A DNA stretch of 49,919 nucleotides, the filler included, from Sphacelaria rigidula (taxonomy: Eukaryota): assembly GCA_964200075.2 (NCBI GenBank). It is 3 parts of 3 records of this genome, joined end to end, with 100 filler letters (N's around TTAATTAATTAA, not from the genome) between each part and the next. Parts side by side here need not be neighbours in the genome. Positions count along the whole stretch, not along the records: positions 1 to 16,583 come from CAXNAA020001309.1; positions 16,684 to 33,253 come from CAXNAA020001310.1; 1 more part is not named here. One strand, written 5' to 3'. The notes under the pieces are model-generated. The model saw only the letters and a program-made list of their open reading frames with translations, was not told the DNA's origin and did no database searches. A program made the position numbers and the translations under genes. Of this stretch, positions 11,801 through 23,100 are shown in pieces. Numbering within the stretch: position 1 is the stretch's first letter; every line of letters starts with the position of its first letter.

Positions 11801-14800
11801 AATGTTGTGCGTGCTGTGCGTGTTGTCATCCCATCTACTCTGGGCGCCACTGTACACCTTTCGACATATGTGGGCGCATCACCCGGGGTCACACAGAAGA
11901 AGGGCGGGCACAGGATTTGTTTCTTTTTTCTTTTGTTTTGACTACTCCACCTTCTTTCTGCGGTACTTGCTTTGTTTTTTATCGCAAGAGGGGTTCAGTG
12001 GTCCCTTTCCTTCGTTGGCAGTTAAGTTGAGTTTCGTGTACCCACGACATAGTCGCTCGCCACTGTTGGGCGTGGTGTGCGACAAAATCCCAGATCGTGT
12101 GGCTGCACCGAGATTCGAACGCACGAACCAACCAGCAGAAGAAGGATTTGAGGTTACCAACTGAGCCACCAGGGCGACTTGATAGTTGTGGTGGTTCGAA
12201 GAATGTTTATGTACGAGAGCTACGTGCTGAAATGGACTGTGCGTCCTCCGGGGTCATGGGCTTGTGGAGTCCTGCATGAGCATGTGATCGAACACACTAT
12301 CTTTGATAATTTGTCCGACATAGAATCAGGAGCGAGACAACTCGCGAGCTCAACGAAATACAACTCTGTGCTCGTGCAATCTGGGCGCTGCAGCTCCTAC
12401 CGAGAGATACGTTCAGCCGATGTTGGTCATTCAAACGCCCTCATGAAGGGTAGATATGACGTCTCTGACTTGTCCAGGTGGCCTCCCAAAATCATAGCCA
12501 AATATGGACGCGGTAGGTATAACCGTTTTCCTGTGGGTGCTAATACCTGAACGAGTTTTATCTGCCTCCGCAAAGAGTACAAAAAGCAGCTTCAGTTAAT
12601 GTTGGCTACATCCATGACGGCTTCTGGAGTCGACCTACAATTGTTTCCCTCTATGATACAGGTGGCAGCGGTTAGATGGTTGCTGCAACAAAATTCAAAT
12701 CCCAAGCACGTGGACAAGGCAGGGTATACTCCTTTGGCGTGGGCATGCCGCAGTGGCGTTCTCCCGGTGGTCGTAGCTCTAGTCGAGGCTGGCGCGGATA
12801 TCATGCAACGCCGACCAGCCCTTCCTGGGGGAAGGTAGCGCTTCGAGAGAGGCATACAAAGAGATCCAGAGTTGATCGTTTCAGTGTTCTTGTGCGGCCG
12901 ATGATGTCGAGTTTCTACAATTTAGCACATTGTGAGCGAACGCACGCACTGCTTAACTGGCGGGACTGTGCGCAATAGCTAACCTGCGTCTAGAAACGCC
13001 TACCGCTGTTTCCTGGAGGGAGGCAACAAGGTCGTGCTGGTATTCTGAAGGTGGTGATCTCCGGGTGTGTTGGTTGGGGAACGGGGGTTTGCGTTTCTGT
13101 ACAACGTGCAGTGCCGTGCCACGGTCAATCGGGGCACTTTCGATAGCGCAATATACGCTTTAAAGAACTGTACGGCCTTCTGTACTCGTATTTTTCACGA
13201 ATGTCTGTGTCTCCCCCTTGACCCATAAAGTGAATCACCATGGGTTCGCAATCCATTATACCAGTCGGAGAGTGACGGCGATTCGACAAAAGGACCGGCC
13301 GTGATTGTAATGGAGGGAGCCAATGATTGTTGTTAAGATCGTGACTGCACCATTTCTGGTGTGTAATCTACAAGAAACTATGCGTCGATCTGTTCATCTG
13401 ACAAGTACGTGTGCTTCAATTAGGTACGTCCTGCGTGACACAGAAGGACTGATCCACAGTTGAAGGTCTCAATCCGATAGCAGTACGCTGCGGCGACAAA
13501 CAGACGGTGCGAGCAAACGCTTCTCCTCCTTCCCCGAGCTGCGTTGAGTTGAGGTCGTAAGATTGACTTAAGCTGATTACGTTTTCCCACTGCTTCACGC
13601 GAGGTCCAGCCTACAGGGTGCGAGAAGCGTCTTCCCCAAGACAACGTGGGTTATGTGGGATGTTTGACTTACCTAAGTACTGGAACGTGTTCTTCGATGA
13701 ATCGTAAGTGATGATTTTGTATGGCTGGTTGTCGCTCTTGCCGATGCGATGTACGCTCTGTTTCGAAACAAATCACGTTCTAGACTTCTCATTCTGAGAC
13801 CATACGTACGTCCACCTCAACCGACGAAGGAAGCTCAAGATGTCTATTTGCGAAAGTCAAGGGGTGGCTTCCTGCGATTTTGTATGATCAAAATATGCTT
13901 GCCCCGTCTGCTGCTCGATGTCTACGGTTATCTATGTCCACCCGCGCACAGTCAAGTCCGACTACCGAAGGCGGACCCTCTGGCCGTGACACTCGACAAA
14001 AAGATCGCAAGATACATGCAGGCACAGTGGAAACGAGGGTTTTGACCGCAGTACCTTACAGTCATCCTACGCAGTCATCCCTGAGATGCGGTTGAAAACA
14101 CCGCCCACAGTTCCCAAGCACTTCGATATTGACAATCAGCTGCGCTGAACACGATTTTTGCGGCGTCCCACTCATGTGCGGTCCAATTCGGGTTTCACTA
14201 GAGTATATTTAGGCGAGGTCCCCACTGAAAGCCGCGGCGATCGAAATAATATCGGCGGCAGGATCGGGAGAGTATTGAAACGCGGCGACGACGTAGCTGA
14301 CGATAGCACCATAGTTATTTTGTTTTATTCATGCTTCTCGACTGATCGGTGTTTCATCCAGTATGCTAACCGTCAGTAGACGTATCATGACTCCATCCCG
14401 CGAACGTTTGATGAAGGTACCGCTCAAATCGTGGAATAAGCTTCTTTGCACAGGTTGAGACTTATGATGCGTTAACGCGACACTAGGAATAACCTCAGTG
14501 GTCACTTCAGGTTCTTCGGTGGTCGAGTTAAATATCCAGTGCAACGGGACGTAATAAGTATATTTCACTGATAGCTACGTGAATGACGTGTCCATAGTGT
14601 CATTCAATCGTCGTCTCTGACTAGTCTCTCCGTTAACGCCACGGTTGAACGAACCCAAAATCCCCTATCTCAGCCTACTTCTGATGACGACATGATCATA
14701 AATGCATTTCTAACTCCAAATAATGTTACCTTGTTGCTAACAAACATGCCAATGTTTTCTGTGGTCAGTGGGGTACGTAGCACCAACATTTTCAAAGAGA

Positions 14801-16301
14801 GATCATTGCAAATACTAACCAATTGAATACGAGTATATCGTAACGGCCGAATGCTACCGCGCCCTCGCCGCCGCTCAACAAGTACGCTTGAGGACACTCC
14901 AGCTACCCAACCACGACCATCGTTCAATAGATGCAGTCGGTCTTTGACGCGCTGGGCAAAAATAGTATCGTGCCCTATGGCTTATGGATACGCACTTCCA
15001 CAACACATGTACTCTACTTCGACCGACCGACGCAACCGAACCATGATCTGTGTAACTCTGCTGTAGGGTAGAATAAACGTCATCCTCCAGAGAGAGCTGG
15101 CTTTGGCGAAAAGAGAGGTGAGAGATGAAAATCGCGTCAAGAGACTCAAGGAAATACGAGCGGCGATCGCCAAGAAACAAGAAGCGAGGCAGTTCATCAT
15201 CCAGGAAAAGAAAAGGGTGAGTGCTCGGTGAGATCCGAACACCTAACAACGAACATGGGATCTGGATGCACATGACAAGTGAAGTTCACCATACCCTGGA
15301 CAATAAAATACACGGTCGAAAAATGTACTGCGTACAGTATGTAATCTATTGTCTATTGCAATATATAATAGACTACATACTATACGCAGTACATTTTTCG
15401 ATCGTGTATTCTATTGTCCAGGGTATGAAGTTCACAACATAGTATATATTGCCTGGTAGTCGTCCACATGCAAGCTGGGGCAACCGTTGACTAGAGGAAA
15501 GAAACGGATGCTAATGGTTTCAAACAGAAGTGTACAGTGACGTCGATCGTGAGACAGGGCTTGTAACAAGATCTCAGCAGACACCACAGCGCTGAAATCC
15601 CGCTGGGCTCGTGACTAGGGAGGACAGCGGAGTGCGGTGAGACCTGATTAAAATACACGAGCCCTGAGAACAGGATTTCAGAGTCGTGCACGATGTGATG
15701 TGTACACGGGCACGAGAACATTTGGGAGTAGAACTGTTGGCAGCGTGCAGTGCAAGCGATCCGAACGCAATATATTGCGTACTTCATATGTTTGAAGATT
15801 TAGGGTGATACAACTCGGTTGCCGTCTGAGACCACGTGCAGAGAGTTACAAGCTGCATGGATTGCCTATTCGGTAGTGCGCAGAGAATGGCTCGCCGGTC
15901 TTCATGCGTATCCGAGCTATAATCTGTAGTAAAAGGCATGTACAAGGAACACCGTATGTATGTATGCAATATTCAGACACAGAGCAGCTTCATTCAGTAC
16001 AGTAATACGCTATTCAAACCAACAGGGGTTTGTATACATTTCACTCAAAGACAAACATCGTACACAATAACCCTCCAGGCCCAGTCGGTATTCACCTTAC
16101 CATACACTACTTACACAGTACTGCACGACTCATGCCTTGAAATCAGTGGGTCAAATGGTTGCGACAACTGTACGTCCTGCGCTTCGGTCGTAGCTGCGGT
16201 CGACATTTCGATTACTACGTACGCAAGTTACCAGAGGGGGAGGACAAGATAGAACGTCCTTCTTCATTCAACAGAAGCAAACAGCGAAAAAGGATGAATA
16301 A
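5811..16301 (+). CDS. Spliced ankyrin-repeat protein with C-terminal coiled coil (~330 aa)
   Basis: Phase-consistent exons 5811-6001, 6372-6518, 10110-10199, 11320-11470, 12662-12834, 13952-14021 (GC donor), 15067-15216 and a tentative last exon 16275-16301 (KQTAKKDE*). The spliced product has ankyrin consensus segments: LEEVDELLRNGANPN, LTPMHFAARYGNVDLLKMLRRAGGDLG, GLTPLSYAC and GYTPLAWACRSGVLPVVVALVEAGADI. These are followed by a charged helical tail (RELALAKREVRDENRVKRLKEIRAAIAKKQEARQ). Confidence 0.85.
6944..7080. mobile_element. ~138-bp palindromic MITE, 8-bp TSD (degenerate)
   Basis: CATAGCCTGGAC...GTCCAAGGTTTG. Flanks GTGTATGG / GTGTATAC (6/8). Same internal palindrome as 4414, 15290 and 48257. 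Confidence 0.8.
7261..8069 (+). mobile_element. tRNA-derived SINE, interrupted by a foldback MITE
   Basis: Head GCCCCGGTGGCTCAGTTGGT (A box) ... GGTTCGATTC (B box). Body shared with five other copies. The 3' part resumes at ~7946 and ends in a (CA/CACG)n tail. Flanks TGCACAACA / TGCGCAACA resemble a TSD. Confidence 0.85.
7525..7945. mobile_element. 421-bp foldback MITE
   Basis: Near-complete palindrome AACAGTGGATTTTCGAAAAT ... ATTTTCGAAAATCCACTGTT with ~190-bp arms. Flanked by CAAT / CAGT, a putative 4-bp TSD. Confidence 0.9.
9768..9827. repeat. 13-bp tandem repeat
   Basis: About 4.5 units of CCCAGACGAATCT, progressively degenerate, inside ankyrin-gene intron 2. Confidence 0.75.
11804..12178 (-). 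mobile_element. tRNA-derived SINE, full length
   Basis: Reverse complement reads GTCGCCCTGGTGGCTCAGTTGGT ... CGTTCGAATC, then the shared body (GAAGGAAAGGGACCACTGAACCCCTC), the 3' module TGTGTGACCCCGG...GAAAGGTGTA...GGGATGACAAC and a CA-rich tail. Confidence 0.88.
15290..15427. mobile_element. 138-bp palindromic MITE, 8-bp TSD
   Basis: TIRs CATACCCTGGACAATA ... TATTGTCCAGGGTATG. Perfect TSD AAGTTCAC at 15282-15289 and 15428-15435. Confidence 0.9.
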
Positions 16302-16513
16302 CAAACACGCCGATCGCGCCGTTGCAGATATTCTTCCTGTTGTCACTGGATGCCGCAACCTTTTGCTCGTGATCGAGAAAACTCGGAAGTCCTACCCTTG
16401 TGAGTTGTAGCCGATATCCCTGGTTATTTTTCTTCGTGTGTTTCATGTTTTCCTCGCGAGCACAACCCCAAACCCTTGCGATCCGGCAACACCGGAAGAA
16501 TCATATAGGGAAC

Positions 16514-16583
16514 GTGTGTGTCTGTTTGTGTGTGTGTTGTCGTCCCATTTATTCTGGGCGCCAGTCTACCCCTTTCGGGATAT
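16514..16583 (-). mobile_element. SINE 3' end, cut by contig end
   Basis: (GT)n tail followed by TTGTCGTCCCATTTATTCTGGGCGCC...CCTTTCGG, the reverse complement of the SINE 3' module. Confidence 0.8.
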
Positions 16584-16683
16584 NNNNNNNNNNNNNNNNN
16601 NNNNNNNNNNNNNNNNNNNNNNNNNNNTTAATTAATTAANNNNNNNNNNNNNNNNNNNNNNNNNNNNNNNNNNNNNNNNNNNN
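16584..16683. other. Artificial contig-join spacer
   Basis: 44 N + TTAATTAATTAA (stops in all six frames) + 44 N. Confidence 0.97.
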
Positions 16684-17124
16684 TATATCTTCCTTTTTTC
16701 TTTTTTTTAACAACACACAAACAAAAAAAACCTCCGTCGGGGTGGGGGGGGGGGGGGGGGGGGGGTGTGTACTCATGATCTCGCACGTCGTAGTCGTCAG
16801 AACATTGACCTCGTATCTTCACAAAGTCGGGACGGAGCACGCCGGGTTTTCGCCGGACCAGGTTCGCAATTCCCAAGCACGAGATACCGTGACGAGTTCA
16901 GTGAGGGGCCCAAAGGGTGAGCTGCATCCTGCTAAGATTGTTCGGCCCGAAGCGTACCGATTATCTCGCATATGGATAACAACCCCGAATGAATTGCTTC
17001 ATTTTCTGGTACCGCCACTGCCAGAGTCAGCCACGGGTTACACACTGCTTTATGGATGTCTCACCATCACATCATCGCGGGAGGGGGGGGGGCACCATCC
17101 TTTGACTAAAGATACTGGCCTCAC

Positions 17125-20100
17125 CTCGGACTTGACGAACACGTCCCCAGAAGGACTGGTGAGATACTGGTCCGGGTTAAGTTTCTGCTTGTCTTCTGAA
17201 GCCACCAGAGTAGAGTAGCACAGATTGTACGCCTGCCGTGGGTCGATAGTCCAATTGGTGCACAGAACGGTAGCATGGCGTACAACTGTCACCTCTACGG
17301 TAAGGGGCGAACCTCTTCATTACTGAGTACTCTTCGTAGCAGATGAATGGTGAACGGGCAACCTGCCTCGAGGAGAAAAACATGAGTAGAACGTCAAGCC
17401 GCAGAGTTCCGGCTGCCGTTGACAACAATGCCACGAGCGCCTAAAATTTTCCGTGACAATTAGCCAAGTCGCTGCCGCACTGTCAGGGTAACGACCGTGA
17501 TTTCAACTAAAAAATTCAGCAAAAGCCTGCAGCTCTTGAAACCATCAGCACCTGCATGATCGACGGGTACAGAGAGGCAAAGTCCAGGGTAGCAATGGGC
17601 TCCTGGTAGAACGCCTTTTTGGGCTCAATGACTGTCGCTCCCTCGTAGGTGTCTTGGTCCGCTCCGTGCTTCGGCAAATTCGGAATCAAGAGTTTCACAC
17701 TCCTGCACTTGCGCAGAAGCATGGAGAATACCTGGAGAGGGCCACAACGCCGCGACAGGGTCAGCAGGGTCATCTACAATGGAGAGCACTTGTGATGTCC
17801 CCGTTGTTGACGAGCTCGAACCGAAAACCGAAGTGACCCCGTCCCAACACAGAATTGAAGGGGGTGCGGAATGCAGTGTACCTTGATCTGCTGCCCCCTG
17901 GAGAGTAGAAAGTTCAGAGGCACTCCAGTCACCCTCGCCATCTCGATGTAGTTGACAATCACGCTCAACTTCTCCATAAGTTTCATTGGCAAAAGCGCGT
18001 CCTTTATGCAGTATACAGCCAGACGTCGGCGATCTTCGTCTGAGCCGTTCTGGAAAACAACACAGGTGCAGTACGACAATCGATAACAGGTACGGACGTC
18101 AGCCACAGCCACGAGCGTAGCTGTCGTGTAGAGAGCAATTGCGCTTTGAAAACCACCGTGATGATCTGTAACCTCCCCTGTAAGCAAGTACGCACAGGTG
18201 GGAGACGACGCCGAATCGCAAAAGGGAAATCGATGTCCTATTTGTGACCAGGTCACAGTTCCTTGCCTGGAGATCCGAAATGATGGAGTGGTGCACATCT
18301 TCTTTTTGCTGACCTAGAAGCTCGGCTGAAACGCTGTTGAGACTGTACGAGCTGAGCTTGTGGTTACGGAACATGTAGGGGAGCATGTCGAACATTACCC
18401 GCCCGTCGATGCTGGTCTCCACATTTTCGCGTTTACCGTAAGCGCTGCTCTGGAAAGTTGTATCCCTGATAAGACGCAGGATGTGACCAGACATGCACGG
18501 GGAGGCTCCGGTGTTGGGCTTTGCGGCTGAGGGCTTCTTCAGTCTTAGCTGCAACATCTAGGATACGGCGTTCATGTGTCAGCACTGCGTCTGATGACAC
18601 CGGAAAAGGCGGAGTGATACGGACACAGGGCTTCAAGCGCACACCACTACATAAAAAAGTGGAGCACGAGGCTGCACTGAAGTTGTGACTGCATATGTAC
18701 GAGTACCGAAAATGATGTGCTCAGGCACCATATATACAGCAGCACTCACTTCATCGTGGCGTGGGCTCCTCGCCGTCGCCCCCACTCAGCGAAATTGGAG
18801 AGATCAGGGATATTCCTCCGATTGGAATGCTTCATGCTGGAATATTCCTTGGACAAAGCCTTGGCTCTGTTGAGAAGGTACGGGACATCGAAGTTTTGGA
18901 TATTGTATCCAGTCAGAATGTCTGGGTCAACTTTCCTGATGAAGTCGCTCCACTGCACAGCCGATCAAGGTACGTACGCAAGCAGTTGTAGGAATGCAGT
19001 GGGTCAGCGCAGTAAGAGATGTATCATCAATGCTGGAGCGTCAGTTCCTGAGCACAATAACTGTAACGATGGCAGATCATTTACATGTCACGACGCTCTG
19101 CCAATAGTGGGTCGTGAACGAGACTGGTCAGAAGTCCTCACCGCCATTAGCATCTCACGCTCTGATGCCTTGGGGATGACGTGGGAGTCAACGATGGGTG
19201 TGCAGCCTCCCAGAGTGAACACGTTCTTGACCACCAATTCCGTTGTTCCCTGCACCTTCACCACGTTGGCGATCTGGATCACCCGGTCTTTGTCGGCCTG
19301 AGAACAAGATAAATGAGACATGACAAAGGAGCGATGGCAGCTATTACACGAATGCAGACTCCAAGGAAAGTCGTGAATTCGCGGCACAGGCCGTCACTGC
19401 CTCAACTGGTGCTGCCCCCTACAGTTGACCACGAGCGGCGCGCTACATCATTTTCTATCACGTAGACAACACCATGCCATGCCGGCGACAGGCGTTACAG
19501 AGACTGCCCCACACGAAAGATCCGGGGTGGTCCTACTGAATGGTGTACTCTCTTGTGCTCGGAAAACGGGCACGATAGCACCGGTGTCTCGTTAGCACTT
19601 GTCTCACCTCAGGAAAGTGTCCCTTGCGCCCAGCGCACTCGATATCAAATGACAGAATCCGCAACGGAGCTACCTTGTTCCACTCTCCCTCGCACGGGTG
19701 GCTCTTCATGTAGTTGAAGAACACGTCCACTTCAATCTGGCAGCGCGAGTCCTTCTCGGAATTCCGCCGAATCGCGAAGGTGCTTTTGGGAATCTCAACC
19801 CAGCTTGCACCTGCCATCTCTTTGTCCACCTGGAGCAGACGTATGCCAAGCGTACCACTTGAGATAGAGCAACGCAATACACTCAAGGGCCCGCATCCGA
19901 GCCCACGTCCCAACGACAACATAATGCGTGATGAATTCCTCCCGTTGTAAACATGGGCATTGCACCTAGACACCCATCGCAAACGGCGGGCACGTTCGAC
20001 CATCTCACCATGAATCGTAGAACGAAGGGTACATTACTCTCGTATGACGGGTTCGCGGTCAGACGGCCGAACCCATCCACGTGCACCCCATCCGCCAGCA

Positions 20101-23100
20101 TCGTCTTCACCTGTAACCGCCCGACGAACAGCATCGATTTCCTTGTTTTCACATCAGATCAGCCAAGGAGGAACGCACGAAAGCTCTCGCTAATATCCGT
20201 AAACTACTTGACCCTGGATCACACCCTGACAACGGACACTCCGCACACGGGATGCTGAACCTTCCTCGCATGGCGCGGCGAGGTATACAGGGTGTAACAC
20301 AAAAATACGTTCACAAATGCCTCCCGCGCTGCTAGCTAGCTAGGTATACGTCACCTTGGGAACGAGGCTGGGCATGGCAAAGTACAACTTGAGAAAGGTT
20401 CGCGTTTCTCCGAAGGAGAAGCCAAGGAGGGACTGCATCTCGTGGGCAAGGTCAACCCGTAAGCAAGGATTCTTCAGGCGCTTCTCGTCTCCGCGCTCCC
20501 GTGCACGAACCGTGCTATTGATGACTGCCTTCAGCGCTTCGCAGTGGGCACCCTGTACCAGCGTTACACATGGAACCGTGGCCACGATAAAGCATCAAGG
20601 AGAAGAAGACGTACGCACAATAGGGGACAGCTGTTCAGTGACCTCAGAATAACCGTGGAGTACTACAGCGACAATTTTGGCAAAACCCGAATTGCTCAGC
20701 GGAGTGTGATATCGCTCACTTGCGGAGAGAGCCGGTCTCGCATAGTTGATGTGTCCTAGGCAGCAGCAAGGGGCTGGTTTCGCAAAGGGTTCTTGCCTAC
20801 TGTAATGACACGGCCAATGCTCCTGGTTTGAAGCCTTGTATTTGAAGAAAAATGAACGCAACACCGTCTGCTGACCCCACCTTGAAACCGGCTGGGGCAG
20901 GGATGTAAAAGTAGGGCACGAAGCCATGGATGTGGGCAAAGACGCTGTGGCCCTGCTCTGTCACCCCGTACACGCGGATCACGGGAACGATCTCTTCCGG
21001 AGACTGCTGTTGGGGCTGCTTCCCAGTGGCTGGATCTCTCTCTCGAGGCTTCCCCGAGTACATATCGATGTCCACCCACTGCATTTTACGATCGGATCAC
21101 ATTGCACATCGTGAACAAGACGGCGTGTGAGCGCAAAGAGGTGGACACAGGTCGGCGAAGAATGTCTCCTTCCGTGCACGGCGGGCTCACTTCGAGATGC
21201 GTGAATTCAGCAGGCACGAGCAGCGGAGGTTTCAAGTTATTAGATCGACTGCTGAACGCCTTTTGAGCAGTTTTGAGCACAAACTAGCGCATTGTCATCA
21301 GATCACGTTCAATCTTCAGCCACGATCAGGTACCGTACAACCCGAGGCGGGCTGATGGAAAACACCATAGATTGAAAGCACTGACATGTCGTTGCGACTT
21401 GCGTAGACAGGGAACGGCACACACCACCACAACGCGGTGGATGCTCTCCCTGTATCGATTATCGACGCAACGAGCAAGGCGTGGGCTCTGGGCTTCACTT
21501 TTTGGAAAGATCCGACTCCAACACCAACATGAATAATTTGGTTTTCTAGCCTGCGGTGGAAACTATAGGGTGAAAAATAATCTGTCACCATATATTGTGT
21601 GATACGATACGAAGTTGCGAATGGCTGGGGCGACAAAATGTGCGAGCGACACAGACACGGTTACTCTCACCTGAAACGTGAGATCGCTCTCCTTGGCATA
21701 TCTTTCTCTCGAAGACTCATCGAATGGTGGCTTCGGCCTATCCCACCTAGCCGCATATGTCATGTTTGCGATTTGTGCTTGGTTGGTACTGCCGCCGTCG
21801 GTACCCTCCGCCTCTCTAAGCGCGCTCTCGTCAACGTGCGGCTGGTCCACCTTCATCATTTCTTCCTCTTCCTGTAACCGTAACGCCACCGGGTCGTTGC
21901 AATTTGCAATGATCGAATCATGCGAAACATAACGTGATACGGTTACCGTACTCTCGAGGTTTTTCGCGTGTCTACTTGAGGCAAATAGTACGGGAAACAC
22001 TGGAATCGGTGCTGACCAACTCGATTTAGAAATACTCAAATGAGCAACAGACAAAAATGTTCATGTTCTCTTCTGCTTCGGCCAAAGAGGGGTACACCAA
22101 CCGTAAGCTGATTTAGTTGTCATAGATTTGCCAAAAAATGGTGATTATTTGCGGTTCCAGGCCTTCCACATCAGTTGCCAGTTGTCAGTTTATACTCCAT
22201 TATGTACAGCTGCTCTCATCAATTGTTCTCAATGCAACATGTACACCGTGTAATCCATCACGACGCTGTCGGTTACCCCCCTCGTAGCCGCCTTCGCCTG
22301 CCTCGCCGTGGATTGAGTGGTAGCCTTAGTTTTACCGGCAGTATAGTACAGCAGACTACACAGTACACTACGCTAAATCTCGGACAGAAGTTATTGCTTC
22401 GGTTGGTGGTCAATGTCGGTTCAAGTTGAGATCGGTCGCGACCGGAACAGAAAGGTCATGCAGGGGTGAGTAAAAAGGGTGAAAGTGGGCGAAGAGGCAC
22501 AAGCTGGCTTGCTGGAAGCTGGGTGCCCGCAGTATGTTCACCGCATCAGATCCGCCGCCGACTGGTTAGCTGTTTCTTTCTCCGTTGTTGGGAGCGCATC
22601 ATCTCGCCATCTTCTTTCCTCGTCATTGGTTGCAAGGGTCGGACGAATCATCGCTGGTTCGAATCACCGAATCTACGATTTCTGGGGTGTGATTGCCTGG
22701 AAGAGAAAAAATTTGACCGCGCGTAAAAAAAAACTCGGTAAAAAATTTGCGCTGTTCAACGTGCCTGGGGTGCGCGTACAGTATCCTGGGGTACGAAGCT
22801 GGAAACAAAGCTCAAGGATTGATTCGCGTGGTGCGAATCAATCACACTAAAAGCGAGACATTCTCAGACGAATCATTGTCCGTGCGACCCTTGATTGGTT
22901 GGTCGTTGATCATGTACTCATATTTGAAACGAAGGGTACTAACCGCTTGCTCGATGCTTTCCCAATCACGAAGACACGGACAAGAAGGGGTACAGTGTTT
23001 TCATAATAGACAAACCGGCAAACAGGGGTATTACTCAAGGGGGGTCGTTTCAGCTTTCCAAGCACAAAGATGAAATTTCCGAAGTCGACCAAAAACAGTC

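Noticed and set aside
16628..16639. TTAATTAATTAA palindrome as a biological site
   Set aside because: It is an assembly linker embedded in Ns.
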